Source: Eledone cirrhosa
Lineage: Eukaryota
Assembly: GCA_964016885.1 (NCBI GenBank)
Contig: OZ024742.1
Span: forward strand, 101,556,001 to 101,620,000
DNA length: 64,000 nucleotides
Direction: 5' to 3'
Made by a program: the position numbers and the translations under genes. Below, piece after piece: positions 59,170 through 64,000 of the stretch; position 1 is the first letter of the stretch; every line of letters starts with the position of its first letter. A model generated the notes under the pieces. The model had not been told where the DNA came from, did no database searches, and saw only the letters and a list, made by a program, of their open reading frames with translations.

Positions 59170-59432
59170 CATTATCATTATCATCATCATAACTGTTTTT
59201 ACATCCATTTTTCCATGCTTGCATGGTTTGGATGGATCCTTTTCAGCAGAACATATCTCCACTCACTGTGTTCCTTTATCATCTCCTCTTTGAGTCTCAG
59301 TGATTTGAGATCAGCTGTCACCACCCCTACCCAAGTTGTTTTTGGTCTACCTCTACTGTGGCTTCCCTTCACTGGGATTTCCTGGCACTTCTTCACCCAG
59401 TGATCATCATCCATATGCATCACCTGTCCATA
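59170..59432 (-). mobile_element. Old RTE 3' fragment
   Basis: MHMDDDHWVKKCQEI..RGRPKTTW plus (tga)n tail. Confidence 0.7.
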
Positions 59433-60284
59433 CTAGATAATAATAAATTTCATTAGTTAAGTATTTATATTTTGTTACAAAGTTAGTTATTTCATTAAAC
59501 TTATAATTTTGATAATCAAAACACAAAGATAGTATATTATTCTTAGAAAGAAATATGCAAACAAAAAGGTTTAGTTATGGTTTTACTCCAATTGTGTAAA
59601 ATTATGAGTAACGTCTCTATCACATTGAAATTTGTTAAACACTAAACTAATTTTATTGCTAGTTCAATTATTGATTAGAACAAACTTGAGTTATTTTGAT
59701 CTTATTGGCATGGTCTTGTTTTATTGATTGAATGCTTTTTTTTTTTTTCCTTGCTACTTTTTCTGTTGATTACCTGGTTTGCCATGTTTTTTTAATATCT
59801 TTTAAAACTATTCTCAGTCATCCATTTTGAGTCTGATAATTACTGGTATGTATTTCTAAAGATCAGTGTATACATTTTAGTATTCAAACGAATAATATAT
59901 ATATATATATATATTTGTTTGTCTTTGATATTTATATTTGTAATCAAATTCTTGCTATATTTGTTAGTTAGCATGCACTTTTAGGACACCACCTGGCTCT
60001 TTACATTCTGAGTTAAAATCCTGCCATGGTCAACTTTGCCTTTCGGGCTTTTGAGGTCAATAAAATATAGTACCAATCAAGTACTGGGGTCGTTTTAATT
60101 GACTTTTCCCTGCCTCCATATTGCTGGCTATTTGCCAAAATTATAATTATTATTATTAGTCTTACTTTTATTGTGTGTTACTGCATTACAGGGCACAGCT
60201 CTGTGTACCTTGGGTACACACTTTGTTGGTTTGGGTGATGTTATTTCTATTGTATTAAGAGTGCTCATCATACAATGTGTACCA

Positions 60285-60462
60285 TGGTGAATTGGCAGTA
60301 TCGGTAGAGGGTCGGACGCCATGCTTTGACGCATAGTTACGGCCCTTGCCATTCTGAGTTCAAATCCAGCCGAGGTTAACTTTGCCTTTCATCCTTACGG
60401 GGTCAATAAAATAAAGTACCAGTAATCTACTGGCCTTGTGTCAATAGTAGAAACAATTATTA
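60285..60462 (+). mobile_element. Nin-domain SINE
   Basis: Family head, core and tail. Confidence 0.85.
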
Positions 60463-60817
60463 TTGTTATTATTATTATTAGTAGTAGTATTATAATAGCA
60501 AATAGTAGTATTATTTGAACAAACTCCGTCTGGGTGTCTGAATATCCAATAGGACTCAATTTAGATGTCTGGTCTCATATATTGCATGTGGTTATTGTAT
60601 TTTAACTAAGCCTAATGATAAATAGCATGAATTAGATCAATGCTAATTACATCACTTTCCTATTAGGATCCTTTGTAATCTATAATCAATAATTAACATA
60701 CATGTAAATATTACCAGTAACCAGATTTTCATTAACTTAAGGACTAAACAGTGTTTAATTAGGTTTTGTGTGTGTGTGTGTACTATTATATAACCTGCTG
60801 TTTTTGTTTTTGACAGA

Positions 60818-60826
60818 ATGTATGTT

Positions 60827-60863
<37 letters not shown>

Positions 60864-60888
60864 ATATATATGTGTGTGTGTGTGTGTG

Positions 60889-60935
<47 letters not shown>

Positions 60936-61018
60936 GTGTGTGTATGTGTGTATATATGTGTGTGTGTATATATATATGTGTGTGTGTGTGTGTATATATA
61001 TATGTGTGTATACACACA
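60818..61018. repeat. (TG)n/(TA)n microsatellite
   Basis: Direct inspection. Confidence 0.9.
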
Positions 61019-61259
61019 CGTCTCTACACTGACACATATACATAGTGTATCCAAACACAGCGTTCTCTTTGCCTCTCTCTCCCCTCTCATTGGCATTATG
61101 CATATTAATTTAAGTTTGGCGTCGTTGAGGTGGATAGAGTCGTTTGAAACCTATGAACCAATGATAATCGAGAATTATGACACACGGAATACTGACATTG
61201 TTGAAATTAATATATATATATATATATATATAGATATATATATATGTGTGTGTGTATAT

Positions 61260-62991
61260 ATCATCATCATCATCATCGTTTAACGTCCATCTTCCATGCT
61301 AGCATGGGTTTGGACAGGAATTTTCCCACTTGAGGCAAGATTGGTTGTCTTGTTCGTGTAGGACTGTCTGGCGGGTTTTCTACGGCTGGATGCCCTTCCT
61401 AACACCAACCACATTTACAGTGTGGGTCTGGGAGGTTTTTACCGTGTTACCTACACGGCCACATTACAGCGTGGACTGTGTGTTTTTTTTTGTCGTGACA
61501 CCTACACGACCTCATTTGTTTCAGACTGGATGTTGTGGTACCAACATAACTTTACATTGAAAGGGGTGGTGTGGATGGGGTGGGGGTAGTGGGACGGGGT
61601 GTATTTGTTAGAGGTGCTTACTGACTGTAGTAGGTTTCACTTTGTACTTAGGTAAGGCGGGTCTTCTGTATTACTGTGTAGCGCCAAAGATCTCGGTCCA
61701 GTGACATTGTCTTGGAGAGGTGTAAGTGTGTGAGGTTGGAATTTATCAAGTCGTCCCAGGTTTTTCTGGGTCTGCCTACTCCGTGGCTACCGTTTATTTT
61801 TATTGCCCTGCACTTTTTTATACAGCTGTCGTCTTTCATGCGCATCACTTGACCATACCAACGTAGTCTTCTCTCGAGTAAACAACATCTGATCCCTCTT
61901 ATTTCTAATTTTTCCCTTAGTTCGTTTATGCTTTGCCGTTCACGTATATTACTATTACACATCCAGCGGAGCATGCAAACTTCGTTCCTCTCCAGTCTGC
62001 GTATATCCTCTGCACACAATGCCCAGGTCTCACTGCCATGTAACATTGCTGTTCGTATGCAGGCATCATACAGCCTGCCTTTCATTTTTAGAGAGAACCC
62101 TTTAGCGGCTAATAGTGGTATAAGCTCTCTGAACTTTTTCCATCCAGTTCTGACTCTAGCTACTGTACTTTCAGAGCACTCTCCACCACTGCTGATTTTG
62201 TCACCCAAGTAATGGAAGGTGTCCACTATTTCTATAGAACCATCTGTGCAATGGAATGAGCTAGTATTCTGTGGGCACTTGCTGCTACTTATTGCACCAG
62301 AGCACCAGCCACATAAAATCTATGTTCTTAGTTAGCTTACCTGTTATCCCACTACATCTTTTATGCACCCATACTTTGCATTTGGGACATAAAGTGGAGT
62401 TTCTACTTACTCCTTTCCTACACACTGAGCATGGCCATTTCCCGGATGGGACCGGTGCCCTATTTTCCTTCCTACAAACTAGAACTTTAGTCTTACAGGT
62501 TAATTTTGAGGCCTTTTGATTCTAGGCCGTGCTTCCCTGTTTGGAATTTCTTCTCTAGTTCGGCCATTGATTCAGCTATGAGCGTTAGATGATCTGCGTA
62601 TAGGAGTTCCCATGGGCAGCCGGTCTTGAACTCCACTGTTATAGCCTGAAGGGCAATAATAAATAGTAGGGGGCTAAGAACGGAGCCCTGATGAACACCA
62701 ACTTTTACGCTAAACTCTTCACTATATTCGTTGTTAATTCTAACCTTGCTGACTGTTTCTTTATACATGGCTTGTATAGCTCTCACAAGCCATTCATCAA
62801 CACCTAGTTTTCTAAGAGCCCACCAGATAATGGAACGGGGGACTCTGTCGAAGGCTTTCTCCAAGTCGACAAAAGCTAAGTATAGGGGTTTACTTTTAGC
62901 TGGGTACTTCTCCTGTAGTTGTCGTACAATGAAAAGAGCGTCTGTGGTGCTTTTACCCGACACAAACCCAAACTGCATTTCATCTAGATCA

Positions 62992-62996
<5 letters not shown>
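61260..62996 (-). mobile_element. RTE LINE family A, 5'-truncated (RT to 3'UTR)
   Basis: ORFs 62493-62978 and 61648-62226 are nearly identical to 29030-30365; (cat)n tail on the plus strand. Confidence 0.94.
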
Positions 62997-63038
<42 letters not shown>

Positions 63039-63312
63039 ATATATATATGTGTGTGTATATATATATGTGTGTGTATATATATATATATGTGTGTGTATAT
63101 ATATATGTGTGTGTATATATATATGTGTGTGTGTGTATATATATATATATGTGTGTGTGTATATATATATATGTGTGTGTGTATATATATATATGTGTGT
63201 GTATATATATGTGTGTGTGTATATATATGCGTGTGTATATATATATGCGTGTATATATATATATATACGTGTATATATATATATATATGTGTGTGTGTAT
63301 ATATATATATAT

Positions 63313-63346
<34 letters not shown>

Positions 63347-63645
63347 GTGTATATATATATATGTGTATATATATATATATGTATATATGTGTATATATAT
63401 ATATATGTGTATATGTGTATATATATATATATGTGTGTGTATATATATATATATGTGTGTGTGTATATATATATATATGTGTGTGTATATATATATATAT
63501 GTGTGTGTATATATATATATATGTGTGTGTATATATATATATATGTGTGTGTGTATATATATATATGTGTGTATATATATATATATGTGTGTGTATATGT
63601 ATATATATGTGTGTATATGTATATATATGTGTGTATATGTATATA

Positions 63646-63680
<35 letters not shown>

Positions 63681-63749
63681 GTGTGTGTATATATATATAT
63701 ATATGTGTGTGTGTGTATATATATATGTGTGTGTGTGTGTATATATATA

Positions 63750-63780
<31 letters not shown>

Positions 63781-64000
63781 GTGTGTGTGTATATATATAT
63801 ATGTGTGTGTGTGTGTATATATATATGTGTGTGTGTGTATATATATATATATGTGTGTGTGTGTATATATAGTGTGTGTGTGTATATATATATATATGTG
63901 TGTGTGTGTATATATATATATGTGTGTGTGTATATATATATGTGTGTGTGTGTGTGTATATATATATGTGTGTGTGTTTATATATATGTGTGTGTGTATA
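62997..64000. repeat. (TA)n/(TG)n compound array running off the window
   Basis: Direct inspection. Confidence 0.95.

Overview
Eukaryotic, AT-rich, repeat-saturated genomic DNA, most likely from an octopod cephalopod (inferred from the giant interrupted (TA)n arrays, RTE LINEs with (TGA)n tails and Nin-domain SINEs). The window lies inside one + strand gene, an OSBPL9/ORP9 oxysterol-binding-protein homologue. Three short coding exons (377-455, 33119-33195, 57639-57731) splice in frame across introns of about 32.7 kb and 24.4 kb. The introns hold several RTE LINE families, CRE-like RLE retroelement fragments, a Penelope-like GIY-YIG fragment, a Merlin/IS1595-type transposase fragment, many SINEs and about 13 kb of (TA)n-type arrays. 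Two things stand out. The first is a set of minimal type I hammerhead ribozyme motifs sitting in short islands beside (TA)n arrays: one intact-looking copy at 13987-14057, a four-copy two-strand cluster at 48594-49923, one in the Penelope 3' region, and a hammerhead-shaped three-way junction lacking its catalytic core. The second is a young 2.7-kb non-coding LTR element with non-canonical TG..AA ends nested in an RTE. The long I/Y-rich ORFs in the track are microsatellite artefacts. All calls were made by eye, without database searches or folding software.
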